From a virus (taxonomy: Duplodnaviria; Caudoviricetes): a stretch of 64,000 bases of DNA. Positions within the stretch are counted from its first letter, which is position 1. Each line of letters opens with the position of its first letter. The stretch spans positions 64,001-128,000 of IMG/VR virus record IMGVR_UViG_2974637922_000001. The stretch is one strand, 5' to 3'. Below the pieces are notes generated by a model that saw nothing but the letters and a program-made list of their open reading frames with translations, was not told the DNA's origin and did not search any database. Below are positions 50,501 to 59,138 of this stretch, piece after piece. A program made the translations under genes and the position numbers.

Positions 50501-51028
50501 ATGAACATATTCGTCACAGATCACTCACCCTATGCTAGTGCAGTTGTATTACCTGACCGCCATGTAAATAAAATGGGTTTAGAAGCATGTCAGATGGTGG
50601 CTATCATCTACTCTCACTGGTATTACAACTGGGGTGAGATACACAAAGCGAACGGAGAACCATACTCTACTGAGAAGGGTGCGTTTCGCAACCACCCCTG
50701 CACCAAGTGGGCGGCAGAGAGTATGTACAACACAGCCTGGTTGATCGCTCATGGTCTAGCACTCTGTACTGAATACACTGCTAGGTATGGTAAAGTTCAC
50801 TCTTGTGCTAAGACCTTGTTTGAAGCCAAGAAGATGTTCCATAGATACACTGGTGAGACCATCCTATGTTACAATATGGTGGAGGATTTCACCCGTGCCA
50901 TGCCTGATGAGTTCAAGCTTGACACTGGTATCTCTACCTTTGATGCGTATAAGATGTATATTTCATCCAAACCTTGGGTGAAAGACAACTATCTCCGCAA
51001 ACCTGAACGCAAACCCTCTTGGGTTTGA
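50501..51028 (+). CDS. Pyrimidine-dimer DNA glycosylase (DenV-like) family protein
   Basis: 'MNIFV....P...A..LPD.HV.KM.LE..QM', 'NHPCTKW', 'EY..RYGK.H', 'AMPDE.K', 'R..PSW'. Confidence 0.7.
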   Translation: MNIFVTDHSPYASAVVLPDRHVNKMGLEACQMVAIIYSHWYYNWGEIHKANGEPYSTEKGAFRNHPCTKWAAESMYNTAWLIAHGLALCTEYTARYGKVHSCAKTLFEAKKMFHRYTGETILCYNMVEDFTRAMPDEFKLDTGISTFDAYKMYISSKPWVKDNYLRKPERKPSWV

Positions 51029-51049
51029 TTACTTTATTATCTTTTTATT

Positions 51050-52000
51050 ATGAACGAACGCACTGATTTCCTATGGACAGAGAAATACCGCCCACAGGTT
51101 ATTGATGATTGTATTCTCCCCGATCACGTAAAGAATACATTCAAGGAGTTTGTTGCTAAGGGTGAGATCCCTAACCTCTTGTTATCTGGTCCTCCTGGTA
51201 TTGGTAAGACCACAATTGCCAAAGCTCTTTGTAATGAGATTGGTGCCGACTACTATGTAATCAATGGATCCGATGAGGGAAGATTCCTTGATACAGTCCG
51301 TAACCAAGCAAAGAACTTTGCTTCCACAATGTCCCTTACCTCGGAAGCAAAACACAAGGTCATCATTATCGATGAGGCAGATAACACAGGTAGTGATGTT
51401 CAGATGTTGCTTCGTGCAAACATCGAGGCATTCTACAAGAACTGTCGTTTCATCTTTACCTGCAACTATAAGAACAAGATCATTGAACCCCTCCACAGTA
51501 GGTGTGCAGTGGTTGAGTTCTCCGCTAAGGGTAAGGATAGACAACAGATCGCCGCGTCCTTCTTCCAGAGACTCTCTGGTATCCTAGAGAAGGAACATGT
51601 AGAGGCTGACAAAAAGGTTCTGGTAGAACTAGTTCAGAAACACTTCCCTGACTTCAGGAGGGTTCTAAATGAGGTTCAGAGGTATTCCAGTAGTGGTAAG
51701 ATCGACTCTGGTATCCTAGCAACCTTCTCTGAAGTTAAGGTAGAGGACCTTATCAAACACCTTCGTGAGAAGAACTTTGTTGAAGTCCGTAAGTGGGTTG
51801 TTGCTAACTTAGATAACGATACTAATAGTATCCTCCGTAAGTTATACGACACCCTATCTACACAACTAAAAGGTCCTTCCATCGCTGCTGCTGTATTGGT
51901 TATCGCCAAGTATCAGTACCAGGGAGCCTTTGTAGCTGACCAGGAGATTAACCTCCTAGCAGCTCTAACCGAAATTATGATTGAATGTGAGTTTTCTTAA
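51050..52000 (+). CDS. g44: Clamp loader ATPase subunit gp44
   Basis: 'EKYRP', 'GPPGIGKTT', 'IIDEAD', 'SRC'. Confidence 0.96.
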   Translation: MNERTDFLWTEKYRPQVIDDCILPDHVKNTFKEFVAKGEIPNLLLSGPPGIGKTTIAKALCNEIGADYYVINGSDEGRFLDTVRNQAKNFASTMSLTSEAKHKVIIIDEADNTGSDVQMLLRANIEAFYKNCRFIFTCNYKNKIIEPLHSRCAVVEFSAKGKDRQQIAASFFQRLSGILEKEHVEADKKVLVELVQKHFPDFRRVLNEVQRYSSSGKIDSGILATFSEVKVEDLIKHLREKNFVEVRKWVVANLDNDTNSILRKLYDTLSTQLKGPSIAAAVLVIAKYQYQGAFVADQEINLLAALTEIMIECEFS

Positions 52001-52002
52001 TT

Positions 52003-52293
52003 ATGAATGTTAAACTAATCCGTATGAATTCCGGCGAAGATGTTATCGCCGACCTCATCAGTGAGACTGATGATACACTAGTTCTATCCAACCCTATTGT
52101 TTTAGTTCCTGGTCAAGGTGGAACACTGGGTTTCGCCCCATGGTCACCAGTTCTCTCCCCAGATGTTAAGGAGATTACAATCAAGTCCAGCTACATTGTA
52201 TTCATGAGTGAGCCAAATGAGGATGTAGTGGATAACTACAACCAAATCTTTTCCCCCATTGTCACACCAAGCAGTAAAGGATTAATCTTATGA
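52003..52293 (+). CDS. Hypothetical protein, putative Sm-like fold
   Basis: 'VKLIRM.SGEDVIADL', 'NPIVLVP', 'FAPW'. Confidence 0.65.
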   Translation: MNVKLIRMNSGEDVIADLISETDDTLVLSNPIVLVPGQGGTLGFAPWSPVLSPDVKEITIKSSYIVFMSEPNEDVVDNYNQIFSPIVTPSSKGLIL

Positions 52294-52532
52294 TGGATAC
52301 AGTTGTACTCTATACAAACAACGGTCAAGAGTCGGAGAGAATCCAACAACTACTGACTAGTGTAGGTGGTGAGTTTCATATCTATACCTTAGATCAAGAC
52401 TTCACACAGGACCAATTCCGTAAGGAGTTTGGTGTATCTGCGGAATACCCACAGGTCGCCATAGGTTATAATCATATTGGGGGTCTCAAGGAAACCCTAC
52501 ATTATCTAACGGACGAAGGACTTATTAAATGA
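52290..52532 (+). CDS. Glutaredoxin-fold protein lacking cysteines
   Basis: 'FT..QF..EFG....YPQV.IG..HIGG' glutaredoxin C-half; no Cys in 80 aa. Confidence 0.65.
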   Translation: MMDTVVLYTNNGQESERIQQLLTSVGGEFHIYTLDQDFTQDQFRKEFGVSAEYPQVAIGYNHIGGLKETLHYLTDEGLIK

Positions 52533-52939
52533 CCCTGGAACTCAAAGACTGGTTGAATAGTTTAAACATGAGTAAGGAAGACCTTATTGATGGAGATCCT
52601 GATGTGGAGAAAGAGTATCCACCATTCATTGTCAATAAGTGTATGTCTGGTCAGATGGACGCACTTATGTTTGCTAATGAGATGAATAAGTTCCCCTCAC
52701 TAGATAAAAAGTTACAATATGATTTTTATCTAAATAGTTTGCGGAAGAGAAAGCGTTTCTCTCCTTGGTTAAGGAAGGATAAGATTAAACACCTTGAGAC
52801 CGTTCGTAAGTTTTATGGCTTTTCCACTGAAAAAGCAGAACAAGCTTTGAATATTTTATCCAATGAACAACTTGACTTTATCTATGATAAGCTTGACACT
52901 GGGGGAACCAAACCATGCAAACGGACGAAAGGGGGGTAG
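52529..52939 (+). CDS. g62: Clamp loader subunit gp62
   Basis: 'LKDWLNS.N', 'YPPFIVN', 'ANEMN', 'QYDF.LNS.RKRKRFSPW'. Confidence 0.92.
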   Translation: MTLELKDWLNSLNMSKEDLIDGDPDVEKEYPPFIVNKCMSGQMDALMFANEMNKFPSLDKKLQYDFYLNSLRKRKRFSPWLRKDKIKHLETVRKFYGFSTEKAEQALNILSNEQLDFIYDKLDTGGTKPCKRTKGG

Positions 52940-53343
52940 TATCTTGGGACCCCTCATATATGATAGAAGTATTTTTGTCAGAACCTGACGACTTCTTAAA
53001 AGTAAGAGAAACTCTTACTCGTATTGGTGTGGCATCTCGCAAAGAGAAGAAGATATATCAGTCTTGTCATATTCTACATAAACAGGGAAGATACTTTATA
53101 GTTCATTTTAAGGAACTCTTTGCCCTTGATGGTAAGCATACTACAATTACCTTGAATGATATACAGAGACGCAATCGTATTGTTAAACTACTATCCGATT
53201 GGAACTTGATTGAAGTTTCGGATAGTATCGATATTACAGATGTTGCCCCTCTGAATCAAATAAAGGTTCTCTCATATAAAGAAAAGGAAGACTGGATACT
53301 GGAACCGAAATATAACATTGGAAGTGTGAAACGTTCAGAATAA
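52915..53343 (+). CDS. regA: Translational repressor RegA
   Basis: 'PDDFLKVRETLTRIGVAS', 'YQSCHILHKQG.YFIVHFKELF'. Confidence 0.96.
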   Translation: MQTDERGVVSWDPSYMIEVFLSEPDDFLKVRETLTRIGVASRKEKKIYQSCHILHKQGRYFIVHFKELFALDGKHTTITLNDIQRRNRIVKLLSDWNLIEVSDSIDITDVAPLNQIKVLSYKEKEDWILEPKYNIGSVKRSE

Positions 53344-53349
53344 CAGGGA

Positions 53350-53375
53350 GGGGGGGTATCCACACCCCCTTTTTT
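53350..53375 (+). terminator. Terminator after regA
   Basis: GGGGGT/ACCCCC stem plus T6; GATAAATA late-type box follows at 53387-94. Confidence 0.7.
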
Positions 53376-53453
53376 GTGCCTAATCTGATAAATAGATGAG
53401 TAGTCGCCACTCAGGGACTACACCTTATACATCTCGCTTATTAGGAGAAACAC

Positions 53454-53897
53454 ATGTCTGGATTAGCACGCTATTATGGTTCTGGGGATATTGAGAAGTT
53501 CCTCAAGGACGTTGATAAGTATTCAATCGGAATGGATGAATGGTTCCATAGGTTCGGAGCACTTCACCAAACAGAAGCAAACTACCCACCCTACAACGTT
53601 ATTCAGGAGAATGCAGTCTCCTATCGTGTGGAGGTTGCAGTTGCTGGATTTGCAACAAAAGAACTAGAAGTATTCACAGAGAACAACAAACTCTACGTGG
53701 AGGGTCAGAAGGAACTGGCAGAGCCTAAGGAGGGTGAGTCCTATGTTCATCGTGGGGTGGCTGCAAGGTCCTTCAAGAGGGTCTGGACCATCTCTGATGA
53801 CGTGGAAGTGAAGGACGTGGAGGTTTCCAATGGTCTCCTCACCATCCGACTCTCTCGTATCGTTCCTGACCACCAGAAGAGACGTTCCTATCTCTGA
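53454..53897 (+). CDS. hsp20: Small heat shock protein Hsp20
   Basis: 'NYPPYNV', 'AVAGF', 'HRG.A.RSF.R.W', 'NGLL.I.L'; AGGAG SD. Confidence 0.93.
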   Translation: MSGLARYYGSGDIEKFLKDVDKYSIGMDEWFHRFGALHQTEANYPPYNVIQENAVSYRVEVAVAGFATKELEVFTENNKLYVEGQKELAEPKEGESYVHRGVAARSFKRVWTISDDVEVKDVEVSNGLLTIRLSRIVPDHQKRRSYL

Positions 53898-53957
53898 CCT
53901 ATATATCAGTGAGACTATTTTCTCTGGGAGTATTGATCTCCCAAATATCGTCGCACC

Positions 53958-54010
53958 TGGGGGGTCCTGTCACAAAACAGGGTTGCCCCCTTTTTGGTGC
54001 ATGTTATAAT
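53958..54010 (+). promoter_or_regulatory. Terminator-like hairpin overlapping a sigma70 promoter for the gp43 operon
   Basis: GGGGG..CCTG/CAGG..CCCCC+T5; TTGCCC (53983-88) and TGtTATAAT (54002-10). Confidence 0.55.
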
Positions 54011-54025
54011 ATAGTATAAACTAAA

Positions 54026-54412
54026 ATGAACAATGATTATGATAGGGAACTTCCTTCCCCAACCGGATCTACGGGGGCAGTTGAACTAATGATTGAATCT
54101 ATTGACTTGATGAGCAACAATGATCCAGTAGTAAAACTAGTTCTACTGAAGAATAATGAAACTATTATTGCTGAGGTTCGTGAGAGTATCGATGGAAGTA
54201 GTGTTCAGCTCATTGATCCTCGTGTAGTTCTACTACAGGCAGCAAGACCATCTGATGACGGACAGACTACAACAACTGCCATCTCATATACCGACTGGTT
54301 ACCTTTGTCTGAGAGTAGAAACTTCACTATTGATGGTGATTATGTGGTCCTTATCACTGATCCCATTGAAAGTTTAGTACAAAGTTATACACAGGCACGA
54401 CAAAATGGATGA
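54026..54412 (+). CDS. Hypothetical protein, putative Sm-like fold (true start may be downstream)
   Basis: 'VKLVLLKNNETIIAEV.E', 'L.DP', 'WLPLS', 'DP...L...Y'. Confidence 0.65.
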   Translation: MNNDYDRELPSPTGSTGAVELMIESIDLMSNNDPVVKLVLLKNNETIIAEVRESIDGSSVQLIDPRVVLLQAARPSDDGQTTTTAISYTDWLPLSESRNFTIDGDYVVLITDPIESLVQSYTQARQNG

Positions 54413-54686
54413 AACTATTAGAGTATTGGTCTTGACCAATGGAAAAGTCCTTATCAGTAAGATCGAAGAGATAGGAGGTGCTGATATCGGGGAGCCAGAC
54501 TGCCGTCTAACCGACCCAGTATGGTATAATGATGAGGTGGAGGAAATGACCGAAGGGTTCAAACGCTTTCCTGGTAAGGGGATCACACCCGATACCAAGT
54601 TGGCCATCTCTTCTGTCAATATCTTGACTCTGGTTACCCCAGATAATAAACTCCTCAGTGAATACCTCGTGTTTATTAGTGATTAA
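54405..54686 (+). CDS. Hypothetical protein, putative Sm-like fold
   Basis: 'LIS.IEE...ADIGEPDC.L..P', 'ILTLV.P...L...Y'; immediately upstream of gp43. Confidence 0.7.
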   Translation: MDETIRVLVLTNGKVLISKIEEIGGADIGEPDCRLTDPVWYNDEVEEMTEGFKRFPGKGITPDTKLAISSVNILTLVTPDNKLLSEYLVFISD

Positions 54687-56161
54687 TGTCTAACAAGTTC
54701 TACACCAATGTTCAGCTTTATGGTAACAACATCCTCCTACGCGGGTATGAGAACGGAGAGAAGTTCCACACTAGGGAACAATACTCCCCTACACTATATG
54801 TGAGTTCCAAGAAACCCAGTAAGTGGAAAACACTTACTGGTGAGAATGTTCAACCAGTGAAGCCCGGATCTATTAGAGATTGTAGGGATTTTATCAAGAA
54901 GTATAAAGATGTAGAGAACTTTAATGTGTTTGGTAATGAGAGGTTTGCCTTTCAATACATTGCAGACAACTATCCTGGGGAGATTGAATATGATCCCCAG
55001 TTGATTAATATCTTGAGTTTGGATATTGAGGTTGAGTCTGAACATGGTTTCCCAGATCCAGAGTCTGCTAATGAGGAAGTACTACTCATTACTATTCAGG
55101 ACTATGTTACCAAACAAATCATTACTTGGGGTCAGATAAAGCATGGGGAGTTTGATAACCAACAGGATAATGTAGATTTCCGTCCCTGTGAGAGTGAGTA
55201 TCACCTACTGAGTGCCTTTATTCAGTGGTGGCAACAGAACCCACCTGATGTTATCACTGGGTGGAACATTGACTATTATGATATTCCATACCTCGTCAGA
55301 CGCATGAAGAGAGTGTTGGGTGATAAACTAGCAAGCACTATCTCCCCTTGGAAGTTCGTAACAGACGAAGAGCACTTCTTCAAAGGTATGAACAAACTAT
55401 ACTACAATATCGCTGGTATCACCCAACTAGACTACCTAGTTCTATACACTAAGTTCACATATACCAACCAAGAGTCATACAGACTAGACCATATTGCTAA
55501 CGTGGAGTTGGGTCAGAAGAAGTTAGACCACTCTGAGTTTGAAACCTTCAAAGACTTCTATCGCAAAGGTTGGCAGAAGTTTGTAGAATACAACATTGTT
55601 GACGTGGAACTAGTTGACAGACTGGAAGAGAAGTTGAAACTCATTGATCTTGCCATCACTATGGCGTTTGATGCTAAGGTGAACTTCCAGGATGTATTCT
55701 CACAGGTGAGACTATGGGATACTATTATCTACAACTATCTCAGAGATAGGAACATTGTCATCCCTCAGAAGGAACAAACCAGTAAGAGTGAGAAGTTTGC
55801 TGGAGCATATGTGAAAGAACCTAAACCAGGTCTATATGACTGGGTGGTGTCCTTTGACCTTAACTCCCTGTATCCTCACCTACTGATGCAATACAACATC
55901 TCCCCAGAAACTCTGATGGAAGAGAGATGTCCTAATATCTCCATTGAGAAGGTATTGAATGAGGAAGTGACCTTTGAGATGTATAAAGACTACGCTGTTT
56001 GTCCCAATGGTGCAATGTATCGCAAAGATGTGCGTGGATTTCTCCCAACTCTGATGGAGAAGATGTATGATGAAAGAAAGGCATTCAAAAAGAAGATGCT
56101 GAAGTCCAAACAAATCCTCGTTGATATCGAGGCTGAAATGAAAAGAAGAGGTGTATTATGA
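54686..56161 (+). CDS. g43: DNA polymerase gp43, N-terminal half (gp43A: exonuclease, palm motif A, first fingers helix)
   Basis: ExoI 'LDIEVE', ExoII 'TGWNIDYYDIPYL', ExoIII 'YNIVDV', motif A 'SFDLNSLYP'; ends at TGA after 'RK.FKKKML'. Confidence 0.93.
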   Translation: MSNKFYTNVQLYGNNILLRGYENGEKFHTREQYSPTLYVSSKKPSKWKTLTGENVQPVKPGSIRDCRDFIKKYKDVENFNVFGNERFAFQYIADNYPGEIEYDPQLINILSLDIEVESEHGFPDPESANEEVLLITIQDYVTKQIITWGQIKHGEFDNQQDNVDFRPCESEYHLLSAFIQWWQQNPPDVITGWNIDYYDIPYLVRRMKRVLGDKLASTISPWKFVTDEEHFFKGMNKLYYNIAGITQLDYLVLYTKFTYTNQESYRLDHIANVELGQKKLDHSEFETFKDFYRKGWQKFVEYNIVDVELVDRLEEKLKLIDLAITMAFDAKVNFQDVFSQVRLWDTIIYNYLRDRNIVIPQKEQTSKSEKFAGAYVKEPKPGLYDWVVSFDLNSLYPHLLMQYNISPETLMEERCPNISIEKVLNEEVTFEMYKDYAVCPNGAMYRKDVRGFLPTLMEKMYDERKAFKKKMLKSKQILVDIEAEMKRRGVL

Positions 56162-56316
56162 GTTTTCGTCACAAAACATATGGTGGTCTAGTTCATTATG
56201 ACCACAATGATAAGATTATCGTCATTGAACGTCGATTGAATCCAATGCAACATCACGCTATGCTTGTGAGTAAGTTGAAGGAAGAGTATCCAGAGTATCA
56301 AGTAGTTACTGGATAG
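56158..56316 (+). CDS. 52-aa ORF between the gp43 halves (not in the ORF track)
   Basis: MSFRHKTYGGLVHYDHNDKIIVIERRLNPMQHHAMLVSKLKEEYPEYQVVTG; ATGA overlap with the gp43A stop; GAGGTG SD. Confidence 0.65.
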   Translation: MSFRHKTYGGLVHYDHNDKIIVIERRLNPMQHHAMLVSKLKEEYPEYQVVTG

Positions 56317-56531
56317 TGAGTGGTTTAGTTGCTGAGATTATGCAAGTCGTTACTATGATTACTATGCTATTCAATATGTGCAATAGTAATGAGTTCAACA
56401 GACAAGCATGTATGAAAGACTGGGATACTTGGTTATTACCTGAGATATCCCGTGCGTGGCAAATTAAAACAGGTCAGGAAGCCCCTTACCAAAACGAGGA
56501 AGATGTGGTAGAATGGCACCAACAGCAGTGA
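56316..56531 (+). CDS. 71-aa ORF between the gp43 halves
   Basis: TAGTG overlap with the previous ORF; hydrophobic N-terminus, 'C..DW..WL.PEI.RAW'. Confidence 0.6.
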   Translation: MSGLVAEIMQVVTMITMLFNMCNSNEFNRQACMKDWDTWLLPEISRAWQIKTGQEAPYQNEEDVVEWHQQQ

Positions 56532-56532
56532 G

Positions 56533-57702
56533 GTGTTTATCGGTTATCTTATTGGTGGTTCGAGTGAAGGACCCGATGAGGAGATTGTACAATCAGATAG
56601 TGACTATTCTAAACTATCTGATAAGCAACTGCAATACCTAAGAGCACAAACCATAAAGGATATCGCTAAGTTTTATAACTTCCAGCAAGTAAGGAAAATT
56701 ACCCTAAACTCCGCTTATGGTGCTTTGGGTAACCAATACTTCAGATACTACAAACTGGCGAACGCGGAGGCAGTGACCTTCTCTGGTCAGTTAAGTATCC
56801 GTTGGATTGAGAATAAGATGAATGGATTCATCAATGAGATTCTAAAAACAGAGGGTAAGGATTATGTGATCGCCTCTGATACTGACTCTATCTACATTAA
56901 CTTTGGTGATGTGGTAGATAAGTTCTTGAAGAAGTTTGATGGTGATAAGGAGAAGACTGTATCAATGGTAGATAAGATCTGTAAGGATCAACTAGAACCC
57001 TTCATTGATAAGTGCTATTCTCAGTTGGGTGAGTATGTGAATGCATACGAACAGAAGATGCAGATGAAGAGAGAGAATATTGCAGATAGGGGTATATGGA
57101 CAGCGAAGAAGAGATATATCCTGAACGTGTGGGATAGTGAAGGTGTTCGTTATGAGGAACCTAAACTGAAGATGATGGGTATTGAGGCTGTGAAGTCATC
57201 TACACCTGCCCCTTGTAGAACTATGATCAAGGATGCTCTCCGTATTATCATTGAGAAATCTGAGGATGAAGTCATTGACTACATTGATGATTGTAGGAAG
57301 AAGTTCAAACAGATGAAACCAGAGGAGATCGCGTTTCCTCGTTCCGTTAGTGATATGATCAAGTTTCGTTCTGGGACAACAATATATGCTAAGAGTACTC
57401 CTATGCATGTGAGGGGGGCGTTACTATTCAATCATCACATTAAGAAGGGTGGGTTGGAGAACAAGTATTCTCTCATCAATAGTGGTGAGAAGATCAAGTT
57501 CTGCTACCTCAAGATTCCTAATCTAATTGGTGAGAATGTTATCTCATTCATCTCCGACTTTCCTAGGGAACTTAAGTTGGAGAAGTATGTTGATTATGAT
57601 ACCCAATTCAATAAAGCATTCCTAGATCCACTCAAGATCATCTTGGATGCTATTGGTTGGAACTGTGAGAAGCAGATGTCCTTGGAGTCATTTTTTACCT
57701 GA
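56533..57702 (+). CDS. g43: DNA polymerase gp43, C-terminal half (gp43B: second fingers helix, palm, thumb)
   Basis: Motif B 'KITLNSAYG', motif C 'SDTDSIY', 'KKRY', clamp-binding tail 'SLESFF'. Confidence 0.93.
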   Translation: MFIGYLIGGSSEGPDEEIVQSDSDYSKLSDKQLQYLRAQTIKDIAKFYNFQQVRKITLNSAYGALGNQYFRYYKLANAEAVTFSGQLSIRWIENKMNGFINEILKTEGKDYVIASDTDSIYINFGDVVDKFLKKFDGDKEKTVSMVDKICKDQLEPFIDKCYSQLGEYVNAYEQKMQMKRENIADRGIWTAKKRYILNVWDSEGVRYEEPKLKMMGIEAVKSSTPAPCRTMIKDALRIIIEKSEDEVIDYIDDCRKKFKQMKPEEIAFPRSVSDMIKFRSGTTIYAKSTPMHVRGALLFNHHIKKGGLENKYSLINSGEKIKFCYLKIPNLIGENVISFISDFPRELKLEKYVDYDTQFNKAFLDPLKIILDAIGWNCEKQMSLESFFT

Positions 57703-57730
57703 TATATAAAACCCCCAGAGGAGATCACCA

Positions 57731-57889
57731 ATGGAAAAACAAAATCTAGCGATGGATCTATTCATCGAGTCTGTAATCAAACCAGACAGTGACCTTAGGG
57801 GTCAAGCATCAGAACAGGGTTGTCTAGAAGAACTATTGCAAATCCGTGATGATGTGATAAAATATCTTTATAACGAGAGGAAAAACTAG
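57731..57889 (+). CDS. 52-aa conserved hypothetical protein (not in the ORF track)
   Basis: MEKQNLAMDLFIESVIKPDSDLRGQASEQGCLEELLQIRDDVIKYLYNERKN; GAGGAG SD. Confidence 0.65.
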   Translation: MEKQNLAMDLFIESVIKPDSDLRGQASEQGCLEELLQIRDDVIKYLYNERKN

Positions 57890-57892
57890 TTT

Positions 57893-58126
57893 ATGGCGTT
57901 ATCCCAATCAGTGGAGAATTCCCTCAGGGAGGCAAGTTCGTCCCTGAGGAATGCTCTAGCTTTTGCTGCCAGACAGGAGAGATCACATACCTGTCAGCAT
58001 ATTGCTAAAGTATTAAACGATATTGATCTTATTCAGAGAACGGATGAGATGTTTGATACCCTTGATAGTATCAAGGATGGTAAGGGTGGTAGCAACCCAT
58101 TTGGTAAATTTGGTTTTGATGAATAA
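57893..58126 (+). CDS. Hypothetical helical protein
   Basis: 'MALS.SV..SL.EA...LRNALAFAARQE'; coupled to uvsX. Confidence 0.7.
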   Translation: MALSQSVENSLREASSSLRNALAFAARQERSHTCQHIAKVLNDIDLIQRTDEMFDTLDSIKDGKGGSNPFGKFGFDE

Positions 58127-59133
58127 TGGATTTCTTAAAGGATATTGTAAATGAAATTGGTGGCGACTTCACTCAGATTGCCTCAGAGATTGAAGAAAAC
58201 GAAACATACGTGGACACTGGTTCGTTCATCTTTAATGCTCTTGTATCTGGGTCTATCTATGGTGGTGTATCTGGTAACAAGATTACTGCAATTGCTGGGG
58301 AAAGTTCTACTGGAAAGACTTTCTTCTCACTCGCCGTGGTCAAGAACTTCTTGGATACTAATCCCGATGCATATTGCCTTTATTTTGATACTGAAGCTGC
58401 AATCAATAGAAACCTTCTTGAGTCACGAGGTATTGACCTTAAGCGGTTGGTTGTCGTCAATGTCGTTACAGTAGAAGAGTTTAGGATGAAGGCACTTAAG
58501 TGTGTCGATATCTACCAGAAGAAACCAGAAGACGAACGCAAACCTTGTATGTTTGTCCTAGATTCTCTGGGTATGTTGTCTACAGAGAAAGAGATCAATG
58601 ATGCTCTGAATGACAAGAACGTTCGTGATATGACTAAATCACAACTCATCAAAGGGGCTTTCAGGATGTTGACCTTGAAACTAGGTCAGGCTAAGATCCC
58701 AATGATTGTTACTAACCACACCTATGATGTGATTGGTGCCTATGTTCCTACTAAGGAAATGGGTGGTGGTTCAGGTCTCAAGTATGCCGCCTCTACTATT
58801 ATTCACCTCACTAAGAAGAAAGAGAAAGACGGTAAGGATGTTATTGGTAACATTATCAAGTGTAAGACAGCTAAGTCCAGACTCTCCAAAGAGAATACAG
58901 ACGTAGGTGTTAGACTATTCTATGATGAACGGGGTTTGGATAAGTACTATGGTCTCCTAGAACTTGGTGAGCTTGGTGGTATGTGGAAGAACGTAGCTGG
59001 TCGTTATGACTTGGGTGATGGTAAGAAGATCTACGCTAAAGAGATACTAAAGGATCCAGAGAAGTACTTCACCGAAGAAGTTATGGAGAAACTAGATGTT
59101 GTTGCTAGGGGAACATTCTCATATGGGTCATAA
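58126..59133 (+). CDS. uvsX: RecA-like recombinase UvsX
   Basis: 'AGESSTGKT', 'YFDTE', 'LDSLG', 'TNHTY', 'MGGGSGLKY'. Confidence 0.95.
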   Translation: MDFLKDIVNEIGGDFTQIASEIEENETYVDTGSFIFNALVSGSIYGGVSGNKITAIAGESSTGKTFFSLAVVKNFLDTNPDAYCLYFDTEAAINRNLLESRGIDLKRLVVVNVVTVEEFRMKALKCVDIYQKKPEDERKPCMFVLDSLGMLSTEKEINDALNDKNVRDMTKSQLIKGAFRMLTLKLGQAKIPMIVTNHTYDVIGAYVPTKEMGGGSGLKYAASTIIHLTKKKEKDGKDVIGNIIKCKTAKSRLSKENTDVGVRLFYDERGLDKYYGLLELGELGGMWKNVAGRYDLGDGKKIYAKEILKDPEKYFTEEVMEKLDVVARGTFSYGS

Positions 59134-59138
59134 ACAAT

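Noticed and set aside
56100-56600. Intein, group I intron or T4 gene-60-style ribosomal hop joining gp43A and gp43B
   Set aside because: No Cys/Ser start or His-Asn end motifs and no intron core elements; the gap is filled by two coupled ORFs. Matching GGT codons exist (56150, 56542), but a ~390-nt hop is far longer than the known gene 60 bypass.
54686-57702. gp43 as a pseudogene
   Set aside because: All catalytic motifs are intact in both halves, there is no other disruption, and the gene is essential.
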